NCBI RefSeq assembly: GCF_004010195.1
Contig: NC_057718.1
Location: forward strand, 75,264,797 to 75,284,796
Direction: 5' to 3'
Source of the DNA: Chiloscyllium plagiosum
Lineage: Eukaryota
Length of the DNA: 20,000 bases
The notes below the pieces were generated by a model. It was given only the letters and a program-made list of their open reading frames with translations, was not told the DNA's origin and made no database searches. Position numbers and translations under genes: made by a program. Position 1 is the stretch's first letter. The number at the start of each line of letters is the position of its first letter. Shown here piece by piece: positions 19,502 to 20,000 of the stretch.

Positions 19502-20000
19502 CCCTTTAAACCCTTCTTATTCATATAAGCATCCAGATGCCTTTCAAATGTTGTAATTGTACCAACCTCCACCACTCTCTCTAGCAGCTCATTTCATACT
19601 CACACCACCGTCAATGTGAAAAAGTTGCCCCTTAGGAGTCTTTTAAATTTTTCCCCTTTCACTCTAAACCGATGCCCTCTGGTTCTGGACTCCCCCACCC
19701 CAGGGAAAAGACCTATCTCTTTACCCAATCCATGCCCCTCATGATCTTATAAACCTCTATAAGGTCACCTCTCAGCCTCTGACAATCCCGGGAAAGCCAC
19801 CTCAGCCTGTTCAGCCTCTCCCTACTGCTCAAATCCTTCAACTCCAGCAATATCCTTGTAAATCTTTTCTCAACCCTTTGAAGTTTCACAACATCCTTCC
19901 AAATAGGAAGGAGACCAGAATTGCAACTAATATTCCAAAAGTGGCCTAACCAATGTCCTGTACAACTGCAACATGACCTCCCAACTCCTGTACTCAATAC

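Larger units (their letters stand above)
19295..20000 (-). mobile_element. CR1/HER1-like LINE 3' fragment, continuing off the right edge
   Basis: KDVVKLQRVEKRFTRILLEL..LS.RERLNRL...RLRGDLIEVYKIMRGMD, and a 3' tail ending CTATGACTCTATG. Confidence 0.92.

Noticed and set aside
1..20000. CRISPR array, operon or RT-associated prokaryote-type system
   Set aside because: No regularly spaced repeats and no intact genes; all RT and endonuclease motifs belong to decayed eukaryotic retrotransposons.

Overview
Repeat-dense, non-genic (intergenic or intronic) vertebrate DNA, most likely a cartilaginous fish (shark). That call is an inference from HE1-type V-SINEs, CR1/HER1-like LINE tails and abundant Neptune-type Penelope-like elements (PLEs). 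I can support no intact protein-coding gene; the recognisable ORF-track entries are fragments or antisense shadows of decayed retroelements. Contents: many CR1-clade LINE fragments (one retains SGNH-esterase ORF1 and APE endonuclease), a long decayed LINE RT, a Tx1-like 3' fragment, several PLEs, tRNA-derived SINEs, a decayed PIF/Harbinger transposase fragment and a 353-N assembly gap. Most notable: (i) five minimal hammerhead-ribozyme-like motifs, two of them in ~90-bp insertions with their own target-site duplications (TSDs); (ii) an old PLE with a twin-priming-like 5' inversion that hosts a younger PLE with a 13-bp TSD; (iii) a ~205-nt CpG-retaining segment with nested hairpin potential that no recognised repeat explains. 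I found no convincing novel multi-gene system. Family assignments come from motif recognition, not database searches.
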